Shown: piece after piece, positions 49,428 through 58,237 of the stretch | Numbering within the stretch: position 1 is the first letter of the stretch | Layout: each line of letters starts with the position of its first letter | Translations under genes and position numbers: made by a program | Notes under the pieces: generated by a model | The model's database searches: none | What the model was told of the DNA's origin: nothing | The model's input: only the letters and a program-made list of their open reading frames with translations | Assembly (NCBI GenBank): GCA_026396175.1 | Contig: JAPLXG010000013.1 | Span: forward strand, 65,267 to 129,266 | Reading direction: 5' to 3' | DNA from: Candidatus Moraniibacteriota bacterium | GTDB taxonomy: Bacteria; Patescibacteriota; Minisyncoccia; Moranbacterales; UBA2206 | Length of the DNA: 64,000 nucleotides

Positions 49428-49590
49428 GCTTTCTTTTTATTTTTTAACTCGTATTTTAGATTATATTACATTTTAAGCCAACCGACAACTTCCTCGTCAC
49501 ACCGTAGCTTTTTTAGACTAAGCTCGCCTTCGCGTATCCACGGCAGACTGCGTCACGCCGTAGCTACGCTTTGGGCGTAGCGCAGGCGGA

Positions 49591-49962
49591 TCAAAATTTT
49601 ATCAGCGCAAAAATATAGGGCAGGAAAATAATCAATCCGATAATCACCGCAAAAATGGCCGAGATCAGCACAATCGCCGCCATCAAGTCTTTGATGAGGC
49701 GCGCATAGGGATGAATCCGAGGTTTCAAAATGTCCACCACTCTTTCCACGACCGTATTCAGAAGCTCCATAATCAAAACTCCAGCAATCACGAGAACCAG
49801 GGCGACTGTTTCTGTCCGGGTGACATCAAAATAGACCATCGCAATAATCACTATAAAAGCTATAGCTAACTCATTTTGGAAATTTTTTTCGTTCTTGAGC
49901 ACATGCACAAGTCCGCGCATCGCGCAAGTTAGGCTTTTAGCAAATTGATTAATTCGGTTCAT
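49591..49962 (-). CDS. dgkA: DgkA-family diacylglycerol/undecaprenol kinase
   Basis: E.NF, ELLNT.VE..VD, KD..AA; adjacent to ybeY. Confidence 0.88.
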   Translation of the reverse strand: MNRINQFAKSLTCAMRGLVHVLKNEKNFQNELAIAFIVIIAMVYFDVTRTETVALVLVIAGVLIMELLNTVVERVVDILKPRIHPYARLIKDLMAAIVLISAIFAVIIGLIIFLPYIFALIKF

Positions 49963-50474
49963 TTTTTTGTTTTATAGAAAAAATTAAAATTCTTCTTCGT
50001 CATGCCGTAGTCCCGCCGAGGCGGGACGAAGGCGGATGCCACCTCATCCTGAATGGCAAACATTTTTTTGCCATGAGAAAAGCCGAGCAAATGCAAAACG
50101 CCGTGGGCAATAATTTTTGCCAGTTCTTTTTGCAATTCAGTTTCCGAGGTACAGTCTTGCGCAGATTCTTTGATATAATTATAGCACAAAATCAATTCTC
50201 CGAGAAATAAATCCGATTCGGATGACTTTTTCAACCGCCCCGCGTCTTCAAATTCACAAAAAGACAAGACATCCGTTGCCTTGTCCTTTTTGCGATACTG
50301 CTTATTGATTTTTTTTATCTCAACCTCAGAAACCCAAGCCAGGCTTAAATTAAGCCTTTTTTTAGCTAATTCCAAGTAGCCGCTTTTTTCCAGCGTCCTT
50401 GCGACCACTTTTTTGATAAAAGCTTTTTTCACCGGGCTTTTGTCGGTGTTGTTGATTTCGACGGTTAGTTTCAT
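49959..50474 (-). CDS. ybeY: rRNA maturation endonuclease YbeY
   Basis: N..YR.KD..TDVLSF, HGVLHLLGFSH. Confidence 0.93.
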   Translation of the reverse strand: MKLTVEINNTDKSPVKKAFIKKVVARTLEKSGYLELAKKRLNLSLAWVSEVEIKKINKQYRKKDKATDVLSFCEFEDAGRLKKSSESDLFLGELILCYNYIKESAQDCTSETELQKELAKIIAHGVLHLLGFSHGKKMFAIQDEVASAFVPPRRDYGMTKKNFNFFYKTKK

Positions 50475-50477
50475 AAT

Positions 50478-51044
50478 TTATAGCAATTTCCTAGGTTTAA
50501 ATAATATTCCAAAAAAGGAAACCAGGGAAAGTAGCGACATTAAGATAAATAAGGTTTCGAATCCATAATTATTTACTATAATTCCTCCTGCGATTATTCC
50601 CGCCGCAGACGTCAAGTTAGCAATCAATAACCACTCGGAATATTCTTTTACGTGTCTATTTTTATCTAAATGATCCGCAAAAAGCACATTGAAAGATGGA
50701 CTACCAAGCGATTCACCTAGACCTAGGAAAACTTGAACCAATACCAACGCTGCCAAGCTATGAACAAAAATTAACAAGAGCCAGCTTATTATTCTTACCA
50801 AATAACCGGCAAGCAAAAGATACTCTCTTTCTTTTACCTGATCGCCCTTCTTGGAAACAACATACGTGAAAAATGACGTGGAAATTAAAAATGCTGCCCA
50901 TGAAATACTCACAGCGATTACCCCGTCCACAAATCTTACAACATAAATCGCATATAGTGGTCCGAGCATTGCAGCTGCCATCACAAATATTCCATTGTAT
51001 ATAAACAGCGCTTTTAAGGCATTATTTTTAAACTGTGCTTTCAT
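50478..51044 (-). CDS. Half-size (6-TM) MFS-like transporter
   Basis: Six hydrophobic helices with an MFS N-bundle pattern. Confidence 0.7.
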   Translation of the reverse strand: MKAQFKNNALKALFIYNGIFVMAAAMLGPLYAIYVVRFVDGVIAVSISWAAFLISTSFFTYVVSKKGDQVKEREYLLLAGYLVRIISWLLLIFVHSLAALVLVQVFLGLGESLGSPSFNVLFADHLDKNRHVKEYSEWLLIANLTSAAGIIAGGIIVNNYGFETLFILMSLLSLVSFFGILFKPRKLL

Positions 51045-51072
51045 TGTTTATAAAATTAAAACGGCTCGCTAT

Positions 51073-51783
51073 CTATTTTTTTCTTGCGACCAAGACAATA
51101 TTCTTCCCATTCGCTAAATAGCATTTTTCAATTTCAAATCCGGCTGATTGAAAAACAGCGGAGAGGCTGCTTTTAGTATACACCCGATGATAGCGCTTGA
51201 AAACATTTCCTTCGTTATTACGAAATGGGATTAAAACATCGCCAAGACCATACCCATGATATGCTCCAGTTTGAAAAATTTTTCCCAGAATAGCCGAAAA
51301 ATTGAAAATATTTTTGCGTCTTTTTTTCTGCCAAAGGTTCCAAGCCGTGATAACCACTGTTCCGCCAGGCTTAGTTATGCGACATAGTTCCCGCGCCATC
51401 TCCGTAGCATATTTTTCGGGAAAGTGATGAAAAACCGCCACGGAAATAATTCTGTTGAAAAAATCAGCCGGAAATGCTAGACTAGTTTGACCGGTGATCT
51501 TTTGAAAAGACTGACTGTACTTGGGATATTTTGCCTTCGCCAGATCGATCAGTTTTTGGGAAATATCCACACCAACATATTCGATTTTTTTATCTTTCAG
51601 AATTTCCAAAAGCCGACCGTTGCCACAACCATAATCCAGAATTTTGTCCCCATCAGTTATATAATCAGCGATAAAAGCCAAATCACCCCAGAAATTTTTT
51701 CGGGTGTGGGAGAATTTATCGGCCATTTGGTCGTAGCCAGATTCAGTCTCATACAATATTCGGTTAATTATCTCTTTTCGCAT
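51073..51783 (-). CDS. Class I SAM-dependent methyltransferase
   Basis: ILDYGCGNGR, GVDIS, AVFHH, KPGG. Confidence 0.88.
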   Translation of the reverse strand: MRKEIINRILYETESGYDQMADKFSHTRKNFWGDLAFIADYITDGDKILDYGCGNGRLLEILKDKKIEYVGVDISQKLIDLAKAKYPKYSQSFQKITGQTSLAFPADFFNRIISVAVFHHFPEKYATEMARELCRITKPGGTVVITAWNLWQKKRRKNIFNFSAILGKIFQTGAYHGYGLGDVLIPFRNNEGNVFKRYHRVYTKSSLSAVFQSAGFEIEKCYLANGKNIVLVARKK

Positions 51784-51957
51784 AAATCAACTACTTTCTG
51801 CTATTGCTCGAAAAATAATTTGAAATTTTCAATTCTAAATTTTAATTCAAAACTAAATTTATAAATTTTAAATAAATCTCTCACTTGCCTCCATTTAATC
51901 ATTTAGTCATTTAGACTTGATTTTAAATTGAAAATTGAAAATTGAAAATTTAGCCCC

Positions 51958-53667
51958 ATGCTTAAAGCTTACGACAATTTCGTTAAACTGGCAATGAAAG
52001 AACCCGTCGCCACTTCCGGCGAATTTTTGCGCGTTAAAAAAAATGTTTCCAAGATTTTGCAACTTCCCGTGCCGACCAACGCTGATTTGCGCGAGGCTTA
52101 TGAAAAATTAGTTGCGGGGAAAAAGATCAAAAGAAACCCAGCTTTCGAAAAAATTCTCATCAGCAAAAAAATCCGTACCCGCTCCGGCGTGGCCGTCGTC
52201 GCCGTTCTCACCAAGCCCTATCCTTGCCCCGGAAAGTGTCTCTATTGTCCGAGCGAAGCCAAGATGCCCAAGAGCTATCTCAAGAATGAGCCGGCAGTTA
52301 TGCGCGCCATTTCTGTGAAATTTAGCCCTTACAAACAAGTGCAAAAACGTCTCCACGCACTGGAATTGAACGGTCACAAAACCGACAAAATCGAGCTGAT
52401 TGTGATGGGTGGCACTTTTTCCTATTTTCCCAAAACCTATCAAAATTGGTTTATCACGGAATGTTTTCGGGCGGTGAATGAATATGGCAAAAAAATCAAA
52501 AGTCCCTTTCTTTGTCATTCCCGCGAAGGCGGGAATCCAGTGTGTAAACTTAAAGATGCGAGACTAGATTCCCGCCTTCGCGGGAATGACATTAACTGTG
52601 CGGTTCCTAAATCGATTATTAAAAATTTAAAAAAGGACCTTTTAACCGAACAGAAAAAAAATGAAACTGCCAAGCGCCGGATTATCGGCTTAACCTTGGA
52701 AACCCGCCCGGATTACATTTCCGAAAAAGAAATTTTGAATTTTCGCACGCTTGGATGCACGAGAGTGGAGCTTGGCGTGCAAAGTGTTTTTGATGACGTG
52801 CTCAAAAAAAATAATCGCGGGCATAACGTGGCCGAAACAATTCGCGCCACAAAACTCTTGAAAAACGCCGGCTTTAAAATCAACTACCATATTATGCCGG
52901 GACTTTATGGCTCAGATGCTTTGAAAGATTACCAGATGTTCAAAACTCTTTTTTCCTCACCAGACTTCCAGCCAGATATGCTCAAAATTTATCCCACAGT
53001 CGTTCTTCGCGATAGCGCACTCTACTCGGCGTGGAAAAAGGGAAAGTATCAGGCCTTGGATGATAAGCAATTTGAAAAATTTATTCTGCGCGTGAAAAAA
53101 AATCTCATCCCGCCCTATGTCCGCATTGCGCGCCTGGTGCGTGATGTCCCCGCCGAATCAATCATCGCTGGACCACTCGTCTCAAACTTACGTCAAATGA
53201 TTGCCGAAAAATCCCAGTGCCTGTGCATCCGTTGCCGAGAGGTGGGGGGGGATTTTAGCCCAAATGAAGGCATCGTTCTAAACCGCATAGATTATGATGC
53301 ATCAGATGGAAAAGAGATATTTTTAGAATACGCGACAAAAGACACAAAAAAACTATTTGCTCTTTTGCGCCTACGTATAAATCCGCTTGAATTAGAAAAT
53401 CGGAAAACCACAGTTCCCGCCCTCAAAAACTCCGCCATCATCCGCGAGGTGCATACTTATGGAACGATGACGCAAATTGATAAGAAAAATAGTAAATCAC
53501 CGCAACATATCGGCCTCGGAAAAAAACTAATCGCCGAAGCCCAAAAAATCGCCAAGCAGGAATTCGGTCTCCAAAAAATCGCCATCATTTCCGGCGTTGG
53601 CGCCCGCGAGTATTACCGAAAACTAGGTTATCGCTTGAAGGATAGTTATATGGTAAAATGTATTTAG
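51958..53667 (+). CDS. elp3: Elp3-like radical SAM/acetyltransferase (tRNA U34 modification)
   Basis: CPGKCLYCP, MGGTF, ETRPD, ELGVQS, KIYPT, CIRCRE, REVH.YG, QH.G.GK. Confidence 0.93.
   Translation: MLKAYDNFVKLAMKEPVATSGEFLRVKKNVSKILQLPVPTNADLREAYEKLVAGKKIKRNPAFEKILISKKIRTRSGVAVVAVLTKPYPCPGKCLYCPSEAKMPKSYLKNEPAVMRAISVKFSPYKQVQKRLHALELNGHKTDKIELIVMGGTFSYFPKTYQNWFITECFRAVNEYGKKIKSPFLCHSREGGNPVCKLKDARLDSRLRGNDINCAVPKSIIKNLKKDLLTEQKKNETAKRRIIGLTLETRPDYISEKEILNFRTLGCTRVELGVQSVFDDVLKKNNRGHNVAETIRATKLLKNAGFKINYHIMPGLYGSDALKDYQMFKTLFSSPDFQPDMLKIYPTVVLRDSALYSAWKKGKYQALDDKQFEKFILRVKKNLIPPYVRIARLVRDVPAESIIAGPLVSNLRQMIAEKSQCLCIRCREVGGDFSPNEGIVLNRIDYDASDGKEIFLEYATKDTKKLFALLRLRINPLELENRKTTVPALKNSAIIREVHTYGTMTQIDKKNSKSPQHIGLGKKLIAEAQKIAKQEFGLQKIAIISGVGAREYYRKLGYRLKDSYMVKCI
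52513..52591. repeat. dRS3/RPE-like palindromic element inserted in-frame in elp3
   Basis: tgtcattcccgcgaaggcgggaatccag...ctagattcccgccttcgcgggaatgaca. Confidence 0.85.
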
Positions 53668-53708
53668 TCTAATACGACATTTAACTTTTGCGGAAATCTT
53701 TACTAATA

Positions 53709-53950
53709 TCCTCTTCGCCCTCCGGGAGAAGGTGCCCGAAGGGCGGATGAGGGAAAGGGTTCAATATTAGGCAAAAACCAAATTAACTTAGATCATTCCC
53801 AACTTATAGCCCTTGCCCTCACCTGTCATGAGTACATGACATCCTCTCCCGAGGGGAGAAGAGGAATTAAAGGGACTATTCCATAGCCTCACCTGTCCTC
53901 CGGACATCCCTGCCTACCGGCAGGCAGGCTCTCCCGAGGGGAGAGGAGGA
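53709..53950. repeat. CCCTCTCCC/GGGAGAGG-type palindromic element, copy 2 (duplicated right arm)
   Basis: Shares gactattcc.tagcctcacctgtc with 43759-43910. Confidence 0.7.
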
Positions 53951-53997
53951 TATTCCTAAGCTGAAAAAATAAATTTAATTCTTTTACTAAAAATCAT

Positions 53998-54408
53998 ATG
54001 CCAAAAATCATCATCGCCTCCGGTCCGGTTATTGTGGAAGATAACAAAGTTCTCCTGAATCAACATGGGGATACTGAATTTTGGAAATTTTGTGGCGGGA
54101 AAGTCGAAAATTACGAAACAACTTTAATTGAAAATGCCAAGCGAGAAGTTATGGAAGAAATGGGAATCGAAATCGAAATTCTCGATGAAAAACCATTTCT
54201 AATACACACAACAAAAGAAACTGCGGATGGAACGATTGATGTAATTTTAGTTCACTATTTGGCAAAACGAATTGGCGAAATCACACCAGGCGCAGATATC
54301 CGCGAGTGGAAATGGATTCCACTTTCCGAGTTGGAAAAAGAAAATTTAGCGCCGAATATTCTTCCGACGCTAAAGCACTTTGGATTTATAACAACAAAAA
54401 ACTTATGA
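53998..54408 (+). CDS. NUDIX hydrolase
   Basis: GGKVE.......AKREVMEEMG Nudix box. Confidence 0.9.
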   Translation: MPKIIIASGPVIVEDNKVLLNQHGDTEFWKFCGGKVENYETTLIENAKREVMEEMGIEIEILDEKPFLIHTTKETADGTIDVILVHYLAKRIGEITPGADIREWKWIPLSELEKENLAPNILPTLKHFGFITTKNL

Positions 54409-54890
54409 ACGAGTGGCCGAAGCAGAAAAAAAATACGCAAGAAAACAATCAATCTTCGCTAGAATTAGAACAATCAATCATAGCCAGTGGGGAGAAATTA
54501 CTAAAAGAAGACCCCGCTAAATGGCCCGGTTTTTTGAATAATTTCCATATGTTCGTTCTCCCTGAAGAAAATAAACGATGGCGAACAAAAAGAGAACAGG
54601 CAAGAAAGCTTGGCTATTGGGATAAGAAAAATAAAGAAACCACAGATAATCCGGAAAAACACTCTGCCTTATGGCTAGAACAAACATCGGAAGAATTTTT
54701 TGAAACTATAGATAGAGTAATTGCCGAATTGGATACGGATGGAGAAATAAAGCAAGCAATAGACAGATTTTGTAATGTTACCAATTATAACGAACGAGTT
54801 TTGGCACAAAACAAGCTCGATGAAAAACTTATTCTGATTTTTGCACGACTGGTAGCTATGGGATACACCATGCGAGAATTAAGGGGTTGA
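54405..54890 (+). CDS. Hypothetical protein
   Basis: ATGA overlap with the NUDIX stop; no motif. Confidence 0.6.
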   Translation: MNEWPKQKKNTQENNQSSLELEQSIIASGEKLLKEDPAKWPGFLNNFHMFVLPEENKRWRTKREQARKLGYWDKKNKETTDNPEKHSALWLEQTSEEFFETIDRVIAELDTDGEIKQAIDRFCNVTNYNERVLAQNKLDEKLILIFARLVAMGYTMRELRG

Positions 54891-54921
54891 AGCGGATTTA
54901 ACGAGCTTTCTTCCCAGCCCA

Positions 54922-55211
54922 TCCCGCACTAACTTTTGCTTAAAGATTTTTTCATTCTTCTTTTTAGCTGTCCTAACGCTTGCCCATATTGTTTTAGCTG
55001 TTTTTCTCTTTCCCAAGCATCCTCCTCTGCAAAATACGCCTCATAATAAACAAGGCGCCATTTATGTCCTTTTGTAAATTTAGAATCATTGTTATTGTGC
55101 TGAAAAAATCTTTTTTTCAAATCATCAGTACAGCCATAATACAATTCTTCATCTTCATTTTTTAGAACATACACATATTGCATACTCGTAAAAGCAAAAG
55201 TTAGTGCGGGA
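54922..55211. mobile_element. 290-bp element with perfect 20-bp terminal inverted repeats carrying a GIY-YIG gene
   Basis: tcccgcactaacttttgctt (54922-54941) / aagcaaaagttagtgcggga (55192-55211). Confidence 0.8.
54929..55183 (-). CDS. Stand-alone GIY-YIG nuclease
   Basis: YVYVL....YYGCT.DLKKRF.QHN, LVYYEAY, A..REKQLK. Confidence 0.9.
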   Translation of the reverse strand: MQYVYVLKNEDEELYYGCTDDLKKRFFQHNNNDSKFTKGHKWRLVYYEAYFAEEDAWEREKQLKQYGQALGQLKRRMKKSLSKS

Positions 55212-56286
55212 CAAGCTGCCCGCAAGCGCCTTGGACCTCTTGCCCAAGACTTTTCCGAATCGTCACACTCATCCCGCCTTTTTTCAAATAGTTTTTGAAT
55301 AAATGCGTTTTATTGCCAGAAGACGACTTAAATTCTTTGCCGGTTTCATTGTAGGCGATTAAGTTAATATGCAAAAGTTGGCGATTGCCGATGGATTTTA
55401 GATAGGTCGAAAGCGCATAGGCGTCTTCTTCGCTATCGTTTATGCCTGCGAGCATCACGTATTCCACGAAAACTTGCCGATTGGTTTTGGAAAAATAATC
55501 CTTGAGCGCTTTTTTTAATTCTTCTAGATTATATTTTTTGTTGATCGGCATATATTCATTTCTTTTGACGTCACTCGCGAAATGCAGAGAAATAGCCAAG
55601 TTGATTTGCGGAAATTCCTGGGCGAGAGACTTTATCCCTTCGGGAATTCCAGCGGTCGAAACAGAAATTGAGCGCGAACCAAAAGCAAATAAATTCTTGT
55701 CGGTCAAATCTTTGAGACTTTTTTTCACTTCCTCCCAATTCAAAAACGGCTCCCCCATACCCATATAGACAATGTTATTCACATTGTAATTTTTAATTTT
55801 TAATTTTTCCGCCCAAGGCGGACCAGCCTGGGGCTGGTAATTTTTAAACAAATTAGAATTTTTTTGCAGGTGCTGTTTCCAAAATAAAACCTGATCGCTG
55901 ATTTCTTCAGCCGTTAAATTCCGTTGAAATCCGTTTTTTCCCGTTGCGCAAAAAGCACAATTCAAAGGGCAGCCGACTTGCGAAGAGATACAAACCGACC
56001 ACTTCCCCGCAATCGGAGAAAGTAACACAGATTCAATTTTATTCCCATCGGCCAATTTCAAAAGAGCTTTCAAGGAATTTTTATCCTTCGATACTAAAAC
56101 TTTTTCCACATCAAAGGAAAGGATTTTTATTTCTTTTTCCAAGTGTTCGCGCAAGTTTTTAGAAATAGTTGAAATTTCTGAAAAATCAGAAACGCCATCT
56201 TGATAGATGGCTTTTTGAATTTGGCTCAAGCGAAATTTCGGTTCGCCACTTTCAGTGAGAATTTTTTTTAGTTTTTCGATTTGCAT
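55201..56286 (-). CDS. rlmN: Dual-specificity RNA methyltransferase RlmN
   Basis: CISSQVGCPLNCAFCATG, MGMGEP, LAISLH, ACGQL. Confidence 0.93.
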   Translation of the reverse strand: MQIEKLKKILTESGEPKFRLSQIQKAIYQDGVSDFSEISTISKNLREHLEKEIKILSFDVEKVLVSKDKNSLKALLKLADGNKIESVLLSPIAGKWSVCISSQVGCPLNCAFCATGKNGFQRNLTAEEISDQVLFWKQHLQKNSNLFKNYQPQAGPPWAEKLKIKNYNVNNIVYMGMGEPFLNWEEVKKSLKDLTDKNLFAFGSRSISVSTAGIPEGIKSLAQEFPQINLAISLHFASDVKRNEYMPINKKYNLEELKKALKDYFSKTNRQVFVEYVMLAGINDSEEDAYALSTYLKSIGNRQLLHINLIAYNETGKEFKSSSGNKTHLFKNYLKKGGMSVTIRKSLGQEVQGACGQLVPH

Positions 56287-56298
56287 ATTTTTTTATTA

Positions 56299-56428
56299 GC
56301 AGGAGCGGGTTTGCAACCCGCTCCTCTTAGTTTACTATCTATACAATTATACAGATTTATATCCAAACACTTATCGTAAATTAGTAAATTAGTAAAATAT
56401 GCGAAACGGGTTAAAAACCCGTTCCTGC
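56299..56428. repeat. REPIN-like doublet, copy 2
   Basis: Homologous to 20350-20480. Confidence 0.75.
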
Positions 56429-56438
56429 AAAATACGGA

Positions 56439-56771
56439 TTATTTCCCAAAAACAAACAATTTCTTCTCAAAATCCACCACTTTCCCGTCCTTTACTTTTA
56501 CCTCTTCTTTGGCCAAAAGTCCAGCCTTAGCCCGAGTGCCATATACAAAACCACCGATTTCTCCATTGGACTTGACTACTCGGTGGCATGGTACGACCGG
56601 CACATAGGGATTGCAATTGAGCGCATTACCCACTGCCCGCGAAGCTTTCGACTTACCGATCGCCTTGGCAATCTGACCATACGTCGTCACACGACCACGT
56701 GGAACCAGTTTAGTTTTGGCATAAACTAAATCAGAAAATGCTTGGGAAATATTTTTAGAAAGACGCTTCAT
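56439..56771 (-). CDS. MGMT/Ogt-family DNA alkyltransferase (DNA-binding domain only)
   Basis: G.VTTYG.IA, RAVGNAL, PCHRV. Confidence 0.88.
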   Translation of the reverse strand: MKRLSKNISQAFSDLVYAKTKLVPRGRVTTYGQIAKAIGKSKASRAVGNALNCNPYVPVVPCHRVVKSNGEIGGFVYGTRAKAGLLAKEEVKVKDGKVVDFEKKLFVFGK

Positions 56772-56772
56772 C

Positions 56773-57777
56773 CTAAAGTTCGCATAAATTAGCCAGCCGT
56801 GCAAATTCATCATTCACAATTTTTTGCACTTGAGCGAGGACTAGTTTATTTTTCTCCGAAAAAAGATGCTTGAACCGTCCTTGAGTTTTTAGAAATTCCG
56901 TCACCGGCTTCAATGTTTTCGGTTCCCAATTCAGTTTATATTTCCCATTTTCAATTTCATAGAGCGGCCAGAAATTTGTCTCTGTCGCCAATTTGGCGAT
57001 GGCGACATATTGCGAGGTGGGAAATTTCCAATTATTTGTGCACGGCGAAAAAACCGTGAGAAAACTTGGCCCATCGACAGCCAAAGCTTTTTTCGCTTTC
57101 ATTTTGAGATCAGCAAGGTTGGCAATATTAGCTTGTGCGACATAAGCAATATTATGCGCTGCCACAATTCCCATCAAATTTTTGCGCAGCTCGACTTTGC
57201 CAAAAGATTCTTTTCCGATTGGTGTCGTTTCCGTCGCGGCGCCATAGGGCGTGGCGGAAGATCTTTGATTGCCGGTGTTCATGTACCCCCCATTATCATA
57301 GACCACATAGAGAAAATTATGCCCGCGTTCAAATGCGCCAGAAAGCGCTTGGAGTCCGATGTCATAGGTCCCGCCGTCTCCACCAAAGGCTACGAACTTG
57401 ATTTTTTTCGGCAAATCTAATTTGCCGCCCTGAGCTTGTCGAAGGGTCCCGTCCTGAGCTTGTCGAAGGGTCCCGTCCTGAGCTTGTCGAAGGGTCCCGT
57501 CCTGAGCTTGTCGAAGGGTTTTTTTCCGTAAAGCAAGATAGGCTCGCTCCACACCAGAAATAGTCGCTGCCGCATTTTCAAAGGCGCTGTGAATATATGG
57601 CACGTTCCATGCGGTGTAGGGATAGATGGTCGAAGTCACTTCAAGACATCCCGTCGCATTGGAAATGACCACCGGAGTCGCCGCCTCACCCAAAATTGTC
57701 CTAACAATCGAAGGAAACGCGCATCCCGCGCAAGCACTGTGACCGGGAGCTAGGTTTTTTGATAAATTTTCGTTCAT
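56773..57777 (-). CDS. porB: Pyruvate:ferredoxin oxidoreductase beta subunit
   Basis: GH.ACAGC, ATGC.EV, GGDGG.YDIG, YDN..YMNTG.QRS. Confidence 0.92.
   Translation of the reverse strand: MNENLSKNLAPGHSACAGCAFPSIVRTILGEAATPVVISNATGCLEVTSTIYPYTAWNVPYIHSAFENAAATISGVERAYLALRKKTLRQAQDGTLRQAQDGTLRQAQDGTLRQAQGGKLDLPKKIKFVAFGGDGGTYDIGLQALSGAFERGHNFLYVVYDNGGYMNTGNQRSSATPYGAATETTPIGKESFGKVELRKNLMGIVAAHNIAYVAQANIANLADLKMKAKKALAVDGPSFLTVFSPCTNNWKFPTSQYVAIAKLATETNFWPLYEIENGKYKLNWEPKTLKPVTEFLKTQGRFKHLFSEKNKLVLAQVQKIVNDEFARLANLCEL
57428..57519. repeat. In-frame 24-bp tandem repeat, about 4 units (TLRQAQDG)
   Basis: cctgagcttgtcgaagggtcccgt repeated. Confidence 0.95.
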
Positions 57778-57831
57778 AAATGAAATTTTTAATTTTTGAA
57801 TTTTTACAATTTTTGAAATAATTTCTAAATC

Positions 57832-58182
57832 TTAATTTTTATCAGTGCAATTTCTTGATATTTTAGCGAAAATCAATGTCAATTCATGTGCTTCTTTCCA
57901 CAACTCCCTGCACTTTTCTTTTTTATCGGGAACGGCAATAGAAATCATTCTCGACCAATGATTTGATTCATTTGACTCCTTTTGACAAATCCTAATTTTA
58001 TTTTTAAAGTCTTTCCTGGAGCTAGCCTGATTAGCTTCCATATAATTAGCTCCCACGCTGGTAGCCGCCCGAACAAATTGATTGATCAATGGTTTTGTTA
58101 TTTGATTAACCGAAACTGACATGCAAAACAAAATTACATTCTCTCCAAATTTAGCCACTCTCTCTTCCAAGTCGTAGTCCAT
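57832..58182 (-). CDS. Four-helix-bundle protein (23S-IVS/Avd-like family)
   Basis: Q..RAATSVGANY.EA....S..DF..K..I..KE..E...W. Confidence 0.9.
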   Translation of the reverse strand: MDYDLEERVAKFGENVILFCMSVSVNQITKPLINQFVRAATSVGANYMEANQASSRKDFKNKIRICQKESNESNHWSRMISIAVPDKKEKCRELWKEAHELTLIFAKISRNCTDKN

Positions 58183-58237
58183 TTGAAAATTAAAAATTAA
58201 GTCTTATTTAAAAATTACAAAATTAAAAATCCAAAAA

